A program made the position numbers and the translations under genes. DNA of 52,779 bases, taken from positions 1 to 52,779 of the forward strand of contig DASSQZ010000148.1 of assembly GCA_035702105.1 (NCBI GenBank), read 5' to 3'. Origin of the DNA: Myxococcales bacterium (GTDB lineage: Bacteria > Myxococcota > Myxococcia > Myxococcales > 40CM-4-68-19). The notes under the pieces were generated by a model. That model did not search any database, had not been told where the DNA came from, and worked only from the letters and a program-made list of their open reading frames with translations. Positions 28,401 to 36,362 of this stretch are shown here, one piece after another (position 1 is the first letter of the stretch; the number at the start of each line of letters is the position of its first letter).

Positions 28401-28689
28401 GGATCGCGAGCTGCGCTCCGCTGGCGTCGATGGCCGCCTCGCCCCGCGGAAGCACGCGGCGGAGCTGGTGCAGCTCGCGGCGCAGGTTGGTGCGGGCCTG
28501 CGCCTCGCCCGACTCCGGCCAGAGCCGGGTCGCGATGCGCTCCCGCGAGACGGGCTGGCCGGCCTCGAGCAGGAGGAGCGCGAGCAGCTCGCTCCCGCGC
28601 GACGACACCGGCTCGCGCAGCGGGTCGCCGCCCGCCGAGATGCGGAACCGGCCCAGCAGGTCGACGCGGAAGGGCTCGTCTTGCGCCAC
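25414..28689 (-). CDS. SARP/AfsR-family transcriptional regulator (BTAD winged-helix, P-loop NTPase, TPR region)
   Basis: The N-terminus FRVDLLGRFRISAGGDPL... is an OmpR-type winged helix/BTAD. Walker A ILGEPGIGKSRLADEV. A long alpha-helical TPR-like C-terminal half. 1091 aa. Confidence 0.8.
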   Translation of the reverse strand: MAQDEPFRVDLLGRFRISAGGDPLREPVSSRGSELLALLLLEAGQPVSRERIATRLWPESGEAQARTNLRRELHQLRRVLPRGEAAIDASGAQLAIHPDQIGSDLHDLRRALARAGAARGAGRKTEEAAALAEAAQQYAGDLFPECFSEWLGAERERLKEEVKAALRRLTALLEERRDLLEGIRWARRLTEIDPLDEIGYRTLMRLHAAASDRAAALHTYHRCAHLLERELGVEPALETRELYRSLVEGDPAQGEPRPAGRASPEAWALVGRAAERERLLRAFRAAGAGGPRMACILGEPGIGKSRLADEVARLAGHEGARVARARAYAAEGHLSYGPVVDWLRSPTIFAQLGDVDAVWRTEIARLLPEALASGEAPPGVETEPPGGADSWLRRRLFEAVARVLLGGTRPVVLVLDDLQWCDPATVSLLHFISRYGAGAPLFVVATARSGELADNDAARGLLLALRQEGGLLELELGPLGADDVAALLHAAAREREAVTAEAAQRVYELSEGNPLFALEALRADLHVRSAAPAPDAPAAENPLSRSPRVRAVLAARLAQLGPRARDLMECAATIGRAFSFDVLREAADLEESELVPALDELWRRRIVREHPALGYDFSHDALREAATQGVSPARARLLHRRVAQALELVHASSLDEISASLAVHCELAGLPERAAEHYRRAARVAAGVYAHSRAVALLGRALDLVKRRGESRDRDRDELALLLEQTPSLRAIHGYTDPKLKEVLERARLLAERLEDSPALFQVLRSLWGLRFVSGDLSGTVETAGQMQELAARLGSYEAESHHSLAGPLTHAGEFDRAIHHFEEARRLYHPEEARRHLTVFGSDVSVFNSAWEAHALWMSGREDRALACAGEAVRTARALEHAYSEALAQAYAAVLHYMRGDRRACAEAAGEARAVCERHGFAYYRHWGTLLGAWARTGGDPAAAAREMRGALASLDEEGAWARRPIYLAALAEVLAAAGRRDEALAVLDEAEDRAASSGDVFWSPELQRLRALLSPERAVEHAQRALERAGAMRARPLMVRCAVTLGVALRRDKGGARAAEVVREALATLPDGGSSFDRERAAQFLAGLS

Positions 28690-28769
28690 GCCGTCCGCCT
28701 CTACTCCGCCCGGGGAGCGGCAGGCAAGTGCAGGGCCGCCGCGGCGGCATCCCGGGGTAGAGTGGGACG

Positions 28770-29654
28770 ATGCCGTGCGCGGCCGCCGCCCTTTCGCTTT
28801 CGCTCCTGCTCGCCGCCGGTCCGTCCGCCGGCGAGCCGCCGCCCTCGTGCCCCGACTGCGCGCTCTGGAACCGGGCGCAGGCGCCCTTCCGCATCTTCGG
28901 CAACACCTGGTACGTCGGCGTCCACGGGCTGGCCGCGGTGCTCATCACCTCGCCGCAAGGGCACGTGCTCATCGACGGCGACCTGCCGGAATCCGCGCCG
29001 AGGATCGCAGCGAACATCGGCGCGCTCGGCTTCGGCATCAAGGACGTGAAGCTCATCCTCAACACCCACGTGCACTTCGATCACGCGGGCGGCATCGCCG
29101 CGCTGCAGCGCCTGAGCGGGGCGCGGGTGGCCGCGAGCGAACTGAGCGCCCCCGTGCTCCGCCGCGGCGGGTCCGGCCCCGACGATCCGCAGTACGGCAT
29201 GCTCCCGCCCATCGAGAAGATCGGCGAGGTGGCCGTCTTCCACGACGGCGAGACGCTCGACGTCGGCCCCATCGCGGTCACCGCGCACCTGACGCCGGGA
29301 CACACGCCGGGCGGGACGAGCTGGACCTGGAAATCCTGCGAGAAGGCGCGCTGCCTCGACGTGGTCTACGCCGACAGCCTGACGCCCGTTTCCGCTCCCG
29401 CGTTCGAGTTCAGCCGCAGCAGGCAGTACCCGAACGCGGTGGCGGACTTCGAGCGGAGCTTCGCGACGCTCGAGTCCCTGCCCTGCGGGATCCTGATCAC
29501 CACGCATCCCGACGCCTCGGACTTCTGGGGCAGGGTCGAGCGGCGTTCCCGCGGCGACGCCAGCGGGCTGATCGATGCGAAGGCCTGCGCCAGGTATGCA
29601 GCCGCGGGCCGCGAGCGGCTTCGCAGGCGGCTCGCGACGGAAGGCGTCAGGTAG
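28770..29654 (+). CDS. Subclass B3 metallo-beta-lactamase-fold hydrolase (secreted)
   Basis: Signal peptide. LIDGDLPE...NTHVHFDHAGG (HxHxDH zinc motif) with later His/Asp ligands (TPGHTPGGTSW, ITTHPD). The layout is typical of L1/GOB/FEZ-like B3 enzymes. Confidence 0.8.
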   Translation: MPCAAAALSLSLLLAAGPSAGEPPPSCPDCALWNRAQAPFRIFGNTWYVGVHGLAAVLITSPQGHVLIDGDLPESAPRIAANIGALGFGIKDVKLILNTHVHFDHAGGIAALQRLSGARVAASELSAPVLRRGGSGPDDPQYGMLPPIEKIGEVAVFHDGETLDVGPIAVTAHLTPGHTPGGTSWTWKSCEKARCLDVVYADSLTPVSAPAFEFSRSRQYPNAVADFERSFATLESLPCGILITTHPDASDFWGRVERRSRGDASGLIDAKACARYAAAGRERLRRRLATEGVR

Positions 29655-29662
29655 CGCGGCCT

Positions 29663-30274
29663 TCAGCCTGCCGCCTCCATCGCCAGGAGCGTGCGCTTGG
29701 CCTCGGGACCGCCCAGGTATTCGCCCAGGGTGCCGTCGCTGCGCACGACGCGGTGGCAGGGCACCACCAAGGGCAGCGGGTTGTGCGAACAGGCGCTCGC
29801 GGCGGCGCGGACCGCCGAGGGACGGCCGGCGGCCCTGGCCACCGCGGTGTAGCTCTCGGTCCTGCCGTAGGGAATCTCGCGCAGGTGGAGGAGCACCGAG
29901 TGCCGGAACCCGCGGGCGAGCTGCAGATCGACGGGCACCGTGAAGGCGCGGCGCTTGCCGGCGAAGTATTCGTCGAGCTGGCGCGCGGCCTTGTCGAGGC
30001 GCCGCGGCGTGTGGAGGATGCGCGGGCTCACCTCGGCGGCGAGGCGGGTCAGCACCGAGTCGTGATCCTCGCGGCCGAAGGCCACCCGGACGAGGCCCTT
30101 TCCCGTCGCGGCCAGGAGCAGCGGCCCGAGCGGGCTGTCGATGGTGCGGTACGACACGTCGAGCAGGCCCTGCCGCTCCGCCCGCGCGGCGAGCCGCAGG
30201 CGCAACGATTCCTCGGGCGCGGCGGCGGGGAATTCCTGCTCGATGCGGTGGACGATCTGCTTGTCGGTGATCAT
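29663..30274 (-). CDS. ogt: Methylated-DNA--protein-cysteine S-methyltransferase
   Basis: Active-site motif IPYGRTESYTAVA...LVVPCHRVV (the PCHR nucleophile). The start is at MITDKQIV. The ATG overlaps the stop of the sigma gene (ATGA). Confidence 0.85.
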   Translation of the reverse strand: MITDKQIVHRIEQEFPAAAPEESLRLRLAARAERQGLLDVSYRTIDSPLGPLLLAATGKGLVRVAFGREDHDSVLTRLAAEVSPRILHTPRRLDKAARQLDEYFAGKRRAFTVPVDLQLARGFRHSVLLHLREIPYGRTESYTAVARAAGRPSAVRAAASACSHNPLPLVVPCHRVVRSDGTLGEYLGGPEAKRTLLAMEAAG

Positions 30275-30741
30275 GGCGTTCCTTTCCCGAGACGCTTGCG
30301 CAGGTTTGCGATGCCGTCCGAGGCACTCCGCCGGGCGGCGGTGGCGTTGGAGCCGATGAGCTTGCCGACCTCGGCGTAGGAGAGCCCGGCGAGGTGCCGG
30401 TAGATCACCGCGCCGCGCTGCTTGGGCGGTAGCGAGTCGAGCGCGGAGCGGAGCTCCGGGTCGTGCGCAACCGGCTCCGGCGCGGGGAGGTCGGGCAGTT
30501 CCTGCGAGCCGGCGGCCCGTCGCGCCGCGCCGCGGAGCTGATCGACGGCCTTGCGGTGCGCGATGGTGACGAGCCAGCCGCGGACGTTGCCTCCATCGGG
30601 AAGCCGCGGATAGGCCTGCAGCGCGGAGAGGAAGGTCTCCGACCAGGCATCGGCGGCGTCCGCCGGCCCCACCAGCGCGCGGCAGACGCGCAGCACCAGC
30701 GGGCCGTGCTCGGCCACGATCTCCTCGAAGGGCCGTTTCAT
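30271..30741 (-). CDS. ECF-subfamily RNA polymerase sigma-70 factor
   Basis: Region 2 (VLRVCRALVGPADAADAWSETFLSALQAYPRL...WLVTIAHRKAVDQLR) and region 4 (LPPKQRGAVIYRHLAGLSYAEVGKLIGSNATAARRSASDGIANLRKRL). No adjacent anti-sigma gene. Confidence 0.8.
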   Translation of the reverse strand: MKRPFEEIVAEHGPLVLRVCRALVGPADAADAWSETFLSALQAYPRLPDGGNVRGWLVTIAHRKAVDQLRGAARRAAGSQELPDLPAPEPVAHDPELRSALDSLPPKQRGAVIYRHLAGLSYAEVGKLIGSNATAARRSASDGIANLRKRLGKGTP

Positions 30742-31433
30742 CTTGCGTCGTGGAAGACGAGGCCCAGGGTGTGGCGCCGGCCCGAGCGCAGCACGCTGAC
30801 GCCGTGGCGCATCGGCGCGGCGGACCAGCCGCGTTGCCTGGCCACCGGCCGCTCGCGGGTGGTGAAGACGAGCCCGTGGCCCTGGTCGATGACGCTGCTG
30901 GTGCCGCGAGACTGCGCCCGCGGCCGCTGCTCCAGGGTGATGAACTCCCCGCCGGTATAGTCCACGCCCGGCCGGTCGAGGCCGATGACCACCTGCAGCG
31001 GAAACACCAGGTCGCCGTAGAGGTCGCGGTGCAAGGCGTTCCAGTCGCCCGGACCGTAGCGGAGAAGGAGCGGCGTGGGGCGCGTCTGCCCCTCTTCATG
31101 GCACTGCTCGATCCACTCCTCGAAGCGGTCCGGCCAGGGCGCGGGCCGTCCCAGCCGCTCCGCCCACGCCCTGGCGATGGGCAAGAGGTGCGGCCAGAAC
31201 GCGGTCCGCAGCTCCGCGACGAGGCTCGGCACGGGATGGTCGAAGTAGCGGTACTGGCCCTGTCCGAAGCGGAAGCGCGCCATGTCGATGGTGGAGCGGA
31301 AACGGCGGTCGTCGTCGTAGAGCCCGGCAATCGCCCTGCAGTCCTTCGGGGAGAGGACGGGGCCGGTGGGCGAGGAGCCAAGCTCGTCGAGGGTCCGCGA
31401 GATCGCGGCCCAGTCCAGCGCCGCCACGTTCAC
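30738..31433 (-). CDS. 2OG-Fe(II) oxygenase superfamily protein (second dioxygenase of the operon)
   Basis: The GTG start overlaps the AlkB stop (GTGA). HxD...H iron-ligand pattern (ALHRDLYGD ... DQGHGLVF). A double-stranded beta-helix-like C-terminal half. The exact family is not identified. Confidence 0.6.
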   Translation of the reverse strand: MNVAALDWAAISRTLDELGSSPTGPVLSPKDCRAIAGLYDDDRRFRSTIDMARFRFGQGQYRYFDHPVPSLVAELRTAFWPHLLPIARAWAERLGRPAPWPDRFEEWIEQCHEEGQTRPTPLLLRYGPGDWNALHRDLYGDLVFPLQVVIGLDRPGVDYTGGEFITLEQRPRAQSRGTSSVIDQGHGLVFTTRERPVARQRGWSAAPMRHGVSVLRSGRRHTLGLVFHDAR

Positions 31434-32185
31434 AGCCCGGTCTCCCGCAGGGTGATGCTCACCCTGCCCGGGGGAAGACCGAGGCCGTCCGGAGCCGTCC
31501 CCTGCAGCACCCGGGGGACGCCGTGGTAGATGCGCCGGCTCGGCCCGCCGAAGACCAGCAGGTCGCCGGAGCGCAACTCCACGTCGACGAAGGGAGCCGT
31601 GCGCCGGCCCACTCCGGCGAAGCGGAACAGGCAGGTGTCGCCCAGGCTGAGCGTGACCACCGGAGCCTCGCTCGGTTCCTCGCCGTCGAGATGCAGGCCG
31701 AGTCGCGCCTCGGGGCCGTAGAGGTTCACGATGGCGGCGTCGGGCGCGTAGGAGTCCCCGACCCGCGGCCCGAAGGCATCGGCGACGGCGGCGCGCCCCA
31801 GCTCGACGAGCTCGGCCGGCAACGGCTTGACCGGCGCGCCGTCGGTGTCGTCGGCGGTCCTCGAATAGGCATAGGGCTCCCAGTGCCATCCCAGGCACAC
31901 CGACTGGACGCTCATCAGATGTCCGCTCGGGACGCGCGGATGCCGGAGCCCTGCGGGCGGCAACGCCCACCGCCGGAAGGCGGCCGCGAGGGCTCGCTGC
32001 GCATCGGGGCCCAGCCACCCGGAGATCTTCACGGCGCCCGGGAGGAGGTCCTCGCGGGCGCGGGCAGGGGAGGGGACGCCGAGAGCGAGCTGCCTCTGCC
32101 CCTGCGGCGGACCGGGCGCGGTGGGGACTCCGCCCAGCCGGCTGCGGCCCATCCTGCCCCGCGACGATGGCGCGTTTGCGGTCAT
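31430..32185 (-). CDS. alkB: Alpha-ketoglutarate-dependent DNA/RNA alkylation-repair dioxygenase
   Basis: The AlkB signature is present throughout: ISGWLGPDAQRAL, PSGHLMSVQSVCLGWHW, YAPDAAIVNLYGPEARLGLHLDGEE, PVVTLSLGDTCLFRF, SGDLLVFGGPSRRIYHGVPRV, GRVSITLRE. Confidence 0.8.
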   Translation of the reverse strand: MTANAPSSRGRMGRSRLGGVPTAPGPPQGQRQLALGVPSPARAREDLLPGAVKISGWLGPDAQRALAAAFRRWALPPAGLRHPRVPSGHLMSVQSVCLGWHWEPYAYSRTADDTDGAPVKPLPAELVELGRAAVADAFGPRVGDSYAPDAAIVNLYGPEARLGLHLDGEEPSEAPVVTLSLGDTCLFRFAGVGRRTAPFVDVELRSGDLLVFGGPSRRIYHGVPRVLQGTAPDGLGLPPGRVSITLRETGL

Positions 32186-32228
32186 GCGTGGACAACGCGG
32201 ACGCTACCCGATCTGTGAGGTCCGTTCC

Positions 32229-32639
32229 CTACCGGGCGGTCCGAGCGGCCCGCCCCGGCAGGCCCGCGCCGGCCCCGACCAGGGCGCCCATCGCGGCGTA
32301 GCCGAGAAAGTGCGGGCTGGGAAGCACCGCGACGAAGGCCACGATCCCGAAGGTCACATAGGTTCCGGCGACCACCCACAGCGGCGCGGGCGAGGGAGCA
32401 TTGCCGCGCAGCAGCGATGCCGCCGCGCCCAGGACCAGCGCCGCGAACCCGAACATCGCCACCACGCTGAAGTAGAGGACCAGCGAGATGGCCAGCAACA
32501 AGGTGCGGCGGACGCCGAGCTCCAGCATGTCCTCGCGGAGGTGCGGCACATTGACGGCGCCGTGAACGATCGCCGCCGCCACGATGGCGATGCCTCCGGC
32601 GAGAAGGAGAATGAAGCGAATCGGATCACGCAAGGTCAT
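32229..32639 (-). CDS. Small integral membrane protein (136 aa, 4 predicted TM)
   Basis: MTLRDPIRFILLLAGGIAIVAAAIVHG... is hydrophobic. The ATG overlaps the stop of the upstream acyl-CoA synthetase (ATGA). Confidence 0.5.
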   Translation of the reverse strand: MTLRDPIRFILLLAGGIAIVAAAIVHGAVNVPHLREDMLELGVRRTLLLAISLVLYFSVVAMFGFAALVLGAAASLLRGNAPSPAPLWVVAGTYVTFGIVAFVAVLPSPHFLGYAAMGALVGAGAGLPGRAARTAR

Positions 32640-34417
32640 CTGGCTCCTCTGCTCCCGGATGGTGGAACTTCCGATGGCGGCGCGCCACTGATGCTCTGCG
32701 CCACCTCCCGCGCCCTGCGCCGGTCGAGCTTCGCGTTCCCGCCGCGCGGCAGCTTCTCCACCGTGAATGCGCGCCGCGGCCTGCGGTAGGGAGCGACGCG
32801 GGAGGCGGCCCATTCGACGAACTCCTGGGCGTCGAATCCTACCCGCGCCACCACCAGCGCGACCGGGATCTCGCCGAGCCGCTCCTCCGGCACGCCCACC
32901 ACCGCCAGCTCCTGCACCAGGGGATGCCCGCGAAGCTCCTGCTCCACTTCCGCCGGAAAGACCGAGAACCCGCCCACCTTGATCCGGTCGGCGGTGCGCC
33001 CCACGAAGGCGAAGGTGCCCGCGGGCCCCAGCCGCGCGATGTCGCCGGTCGCAAACCATCCGCCGTCGGGCACGCCCCCGCTGCCCTGGTACCCGGCGAA
33101 CACGCCCTTGCCCTTGAGCTGCAGCTCGCCGGTTCCGCCGATGCGGCGCGGCCTGCCCTCCGCGTCGACCACGCGCGCGGAGAAGCCGGGCAGCACCAGG
33201 CCGATGGCCGGCAGCTCCCGTCCGCGCGGAGCGGGCGGATAGAAGCGGACGGCGGCCGGTCCGGCCAGCTCGACCATCCCGTACACGTCGGCGAAGGCCG
33301 CGGTTCCCAGGCGCCATCCCGCCGGCCGCACCAGCGCGCCATAGCCCTGGAAACGCCGCGCGCGATCGGGCGGCATCGCGTCGGCGGCGCTCACCCACAG
33401 CTCGATGCTGGAGAGATCGCGCTGCGCGGCGCCCGCGGTCTCCAGGTCGGCGTACATCGTCGGCACGCCCACGAACACGTTGGGCTGGTCCTCCTCGATC
33501 CGCTCCAGCACCTTCGCGGCGTCGAACCGCTCCAGGTGGATGACCTTCACTCCTGCGCAGAGCGCGCCGATCAGGGTGCCGAGGCCCATCACGTGCGAGA
33601 GCGGCAGCGCCACGATGACCACGTCGCGACCCGGGCGCAGCCAGCGCCGATGACCCACCGGGAGCGCGTGGACGCGGCCCAGGGCGCCGAGCAGCCCGCG
33701 GCTGGTGAGCCGGGCCACCTTCGGCATTCCCGTGGTCCCGGAGGTGCAGAGAAGGATTCCGGGCGCATCGGCGTCCAGGGGAGCCGGCTGCGCGGACTCG
33801 TGGGGATGCGCGGAGAGCCAGGCGGCGAGATCGAAGCCGTCGCGGAGAGGCGCTCCGCCGGCGCCGGTCCAGAGGACGCGCAGCGGCCGCCCTGCAGGAG
33901 GCGCTGGAGCGGCTGCGAGGAGCGGCGCGGCGGCGTCGGCATCGGCGACCAGCGCCTCCGCGCCGGCGGCCGAGATCGCGGCGGCCTGCTCGTCCGGCCG
34001 CAGCCGAGCGTTGAGCGGAAGCGGCACGCGGCCCGCGCGGGAAATGGCCAGCACGTGCAGGAGCACGTCGATTCGGTTCGCGCAGAGGATCGCCACGGTG
34101 TGAGGGTCGCCGGGCAACGCCGCCTGGCAGGCCGCCGCCAGCCGCCCCACGTCCTCGTCGAGCGCGGCATACGTCCGCAGGCGCCGGGGAAGGCCGGGCG
34201 TGGCCGTCTCGGCGGCGATGGCGGGGCGATCGCCGTACGCCTCCGCAAGCACCCGCGTCAGCTCTCCGAGCGGCAGCCCGCCACCGAAGACGAGGCGCGC
34301 CCGCGCAGCCGCCGTGCGCGCCGCCGCTGCGACCTCTGCGAGGCCACGCATCCCGGCCCTCCTGCACGCGTGAGTGACATCTTTTGCATCCGGCGGCAAC
34401 CCCAGAGGGCCAGGCAT
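32636..34417 (-). CDS. AMP-dependent synthetase/ligase (acyl-CoA synthetase family)
   Basis: AMP-binding motif ILCTSGTTGMPKVARLTSRGL plus downstream adenylate-forming core motifs. The start is uncertain; an alternative ATG lies at 34351. Confidence 0.8.
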   Translation of the reverse strand: MPGPLGLPPDAKDVTHACRRAGMRGLAEVAAAARTAAARARLVFGGGLPLGELTRVLAEAYGDRPAIAAETATPGLPRRLRTYAALDEDVGRLAAACQAALPGDPHTVAILCANRIDVLLHVLAISRAGRVPLPLNARLRPDEQAAAISAAGAEALVADADAAAPLLAAAPAPPAGRPLRVLWTGAGGAPLRDGFDLAAWLSAHPHESAQPAPLDADAPGILLCTSGTTGMPKVARLTSRGLLGALGRVHALPVGHRRWLRPGRDVVIVALPLSHVMGLGTLIGALCAGVKVIHLERFDAAKVLERIEEDQPNVFVGVPTMYADLETAGAAQRDLSSIELWVSAADAMPPDRARRFQGYGALVRPAGWRLGTAAFADVYGMVELAGPAAVRFYPPAPRGRELPAIGLVLPGFSARVVDAEGRPRRIGGTGELQLKGKGVFAGYQGSGGVPDGGWFATGDIARLGPAGTFAFVGRTADRIKVGGFSVFPAEVEQELRGHPLVQELAVVGVPEERLGEIPVALVVARVGFDAQEFVEWAASRVAPYRRPRRAFTVEKLPRGGNAKLDRRRAREVAQSISGAPPSEVPPSGSRGAR

Positions 34418-34452
34418 GCCGGACCGCCGCTCCGTCCTCAGCTTTCAGGCGG

Positions 34453-34804
34453 ATGTCGCGCGAGAACCCATCGCAGGTCTCGGTGAAGACCGCGGGCACG
34501 GTCACCCTCACGGTGCTGGGCATCGCTTTCGTCGCCTGGTTCTTCTGGAAGACCACCGGCGCCCTGCTCGTCACCATCCTGGCCCTGCTGGTCTCGGTGG
34601 CGCTCAATCGCGTCGTCGCCTGGCTCGAGCGGCACCACGTCCGCCGCGGGTACGGCATCGCCATCGCCATGACGGCGGTCGCCGGGCTGCTCGTCGCGCT
34701 CGGGTTCCTCTTCGTCCGCCGTGCTCTTCCTCGCCGGCTGGGGCGGAATCCCCGGCGCCATCCTGGCGGTGCCGCTGACCGCCGCGCTGCCCGGCGGCAG
34801 GTGA
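34453..34804 (+). pseudogene. Remnant of an AI-2E (PerM/UPF0118) family transporter gene with an internal deletion
   Basis: An N-terminal ~90 aa with the AI-2E pattern (LLVSVALNRVVAWLERHHVRRGYGIAIAMTAVAGLLVALGFLFV) joins out of frame to the characteristic C-terminus (VLFLAGWGGIPGAILAVPLTAALPGGR*) ending at 34804. The ~230-aa TM core in between is missing. Confidence 0.45.
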
Positions 34805-34864
34805 CGTGCCGCGCGCCGCCGACACTCGGCGGCCTGACCTTCCGTCTGGTAGTTTGTCGCCACG

Positions 34865-36349
34865 ATGACCACGCAACCCGCGGCGGCAGCGGCCCGATCG
34901 AAGACCCTCGGCTTCGTCACCCTCTTCCTCATCGAGATGTGGGAGCGGTTCGGCTACTACGGCATGACCGCGGTGGTCGTGCTCTTCATGGTGGAGAAGC
35001 TCTCCTACGGCGACGACCGCGCCAACCTGACCTTCGGCGCCTTCACCGCGCTCGCCTACGCGGTGCCGGCCGCGGGCGGGTACATCGGCGACAAGCTCCT
35101 CGGCAGCAAGCGCACCATGGTGCTGGGCGCGGTCCTGCTCGCGTGCGGATACGCGCTGCTCGCGGTGCCCGATCGGCCGGGCCTGCTCTTCCCCGCGCTG
35201 GCGCTGGTGGCGGTGGGCGGCGGCATCTTCAAGGCCAATCCCGCCAACCTGATCTCGAAGCTCTACGAAGGCGACTCCGCCAAGATCGACAGCGCCTTCA
35301 CCATGTATTACATGGCCGTCAACGTCGGCGCGACCGCCTCGCAGATCGCCACGCCGCTCATCGCCATCGCCTTCGGCTGGCACGTCGCCTTCGCGGTGTG
35401 CGCGGCCGGCCTGGTCCTCGGGCTGCTCAATTACCTCTTCATGCGCCGCTACCTCGCGCACGTGGGCTCGAAGCCCGACTTCGAGCCGCTCCGGCTTGGC
35501 CGCCTGGCCCTGATCCTCGCGGGCATCGCCGTGGGCACCGTCTGCGTCGCCTTCATCATCCAGAATCGCGACGTCGCCCGCGCAGTGGTGGCGCTGGCGT
35601 TCGTCGCCATGGTCTTCATCTTCTGGTGGATGATGAAGAGGGGCACCGAGCGCGAGCGCAAGGGCCTCTGGGCGGTGATCATCCTCACCACCGAGGCGAT
35701 GCTCTTCTTCATCTTCTACCAGCAGATGTCCACCTCGCTGACGCTCTTCTCGCTGCGCAACGTGGACCTCGACCTCTTCGGCTACCACGTGCCCGCCGGC
35801 CAGGTGCAGGCGCTCAACCCGATCTGGATCTTCATCCTCAGCCCGCCCCTGGCCTGGCTCTACAACAAGCTGGGGAAGGAGGAGGGCGGCGATTTCCACA
35901 TCTCCACCAAGTTCGCCATGGGCTTCCTCATCCTCGCCCTCGGATTCTTCCTCTACGGAATCAGCGGCACCTATGCCCGGGGAGGCAAGGTGTCGTTCTT
36001 CTGGATGGTGGCGGGGTACGGCTTCCAGTCGCTGGGCGAGCTGCTCATCAGCGGCCTCGGGCTCGCCGTGGTGGCGCGCTACGTCGCGCCTTCGCTGCGC
36101 GGCTTCCTCATGGGCGTCTACTTCCTCTCCACCGGGCTGTCGCAGTACCTGGGCAGCTTCGTCGCCACCTACGCGAGCGTGCCCGAGGGCGTGACCAGCC
36201 CGGTGCAGAGCCTGCCGCTCTACACCAACCTCTTCATCAAGCTCGGCTTCGTGGCGGTGATCGGCACGGTGGTCGCGGCGGCGCTCATTCCGCTGATGAA
36301 GCGCCTGCCGGAGGCCGGCGCGCCCGAGGCGAAGGCGAGCGCCGCCTGA
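34865..36349 (+). CDS. POT/PTR2-family proton-dependent di/tripeptide transporter
   Basis: PTR2 signature motifs LIEMWERFGYYGM and GGYIGDKLLGSKRTMVLGAVLLACGYALLA. 494 aa with about 14 TM. Confidence 0.85.
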   Translation: MTTQPAAAAARSKTLGFVTLFLIEMWERFGYYGMTAVVVLFMVEKLSYGDDRANLTFGAFTALAYAVPAAGGYIGDKLLGSKRTMVLGAVLLACGYALLAVPDRPGLLFPALALVAVGGGIFKANPANLISKLYEGDSAKIDSAFTMYYMAVNVGATASQIATPLIAIAFGWHVAFAVCAAGLVLGLLNYLFMRRYLAHVGSKPDFEPLRLGRLALILAGIAVGTVCVAFIIQNRDVARAVVALAFVAMVFIFWWMMKRGTERERKGLWAVIILTTEAMLFFIFYQQMSTSLTLFSLRNVDLDLFGYHVPAGQVQALNPIWIFILSPPLAWLYNKLGKEEGGDFHISTKFAMGFLILALGFFLYGISGTYARGGKVSFFWMVAGYGFQSLGELLISGLGLAVVARYVAPSLRGFLMGVYFLSTGLSQYLGSFVATYASVPEGVTSPVQSLPLYTNLFIKLGFVAVIGTVVAAALIPLMKRLPEAGAPEAKASAA

Positions 36350-36362
36350 CCCGGCCGCGGGC

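Noticed and set aside
24106-29065. Long alternative-frame ORFs across the SARP regulator and FAD oxidase (24106..27903 +, 25370..29065 -)
   Set aside because: They are out of frame with or antisense to well-supported genes (FAD-binding, Walker A and TPR motifs are in the called frames). Their products are compositionally biased nonsense.
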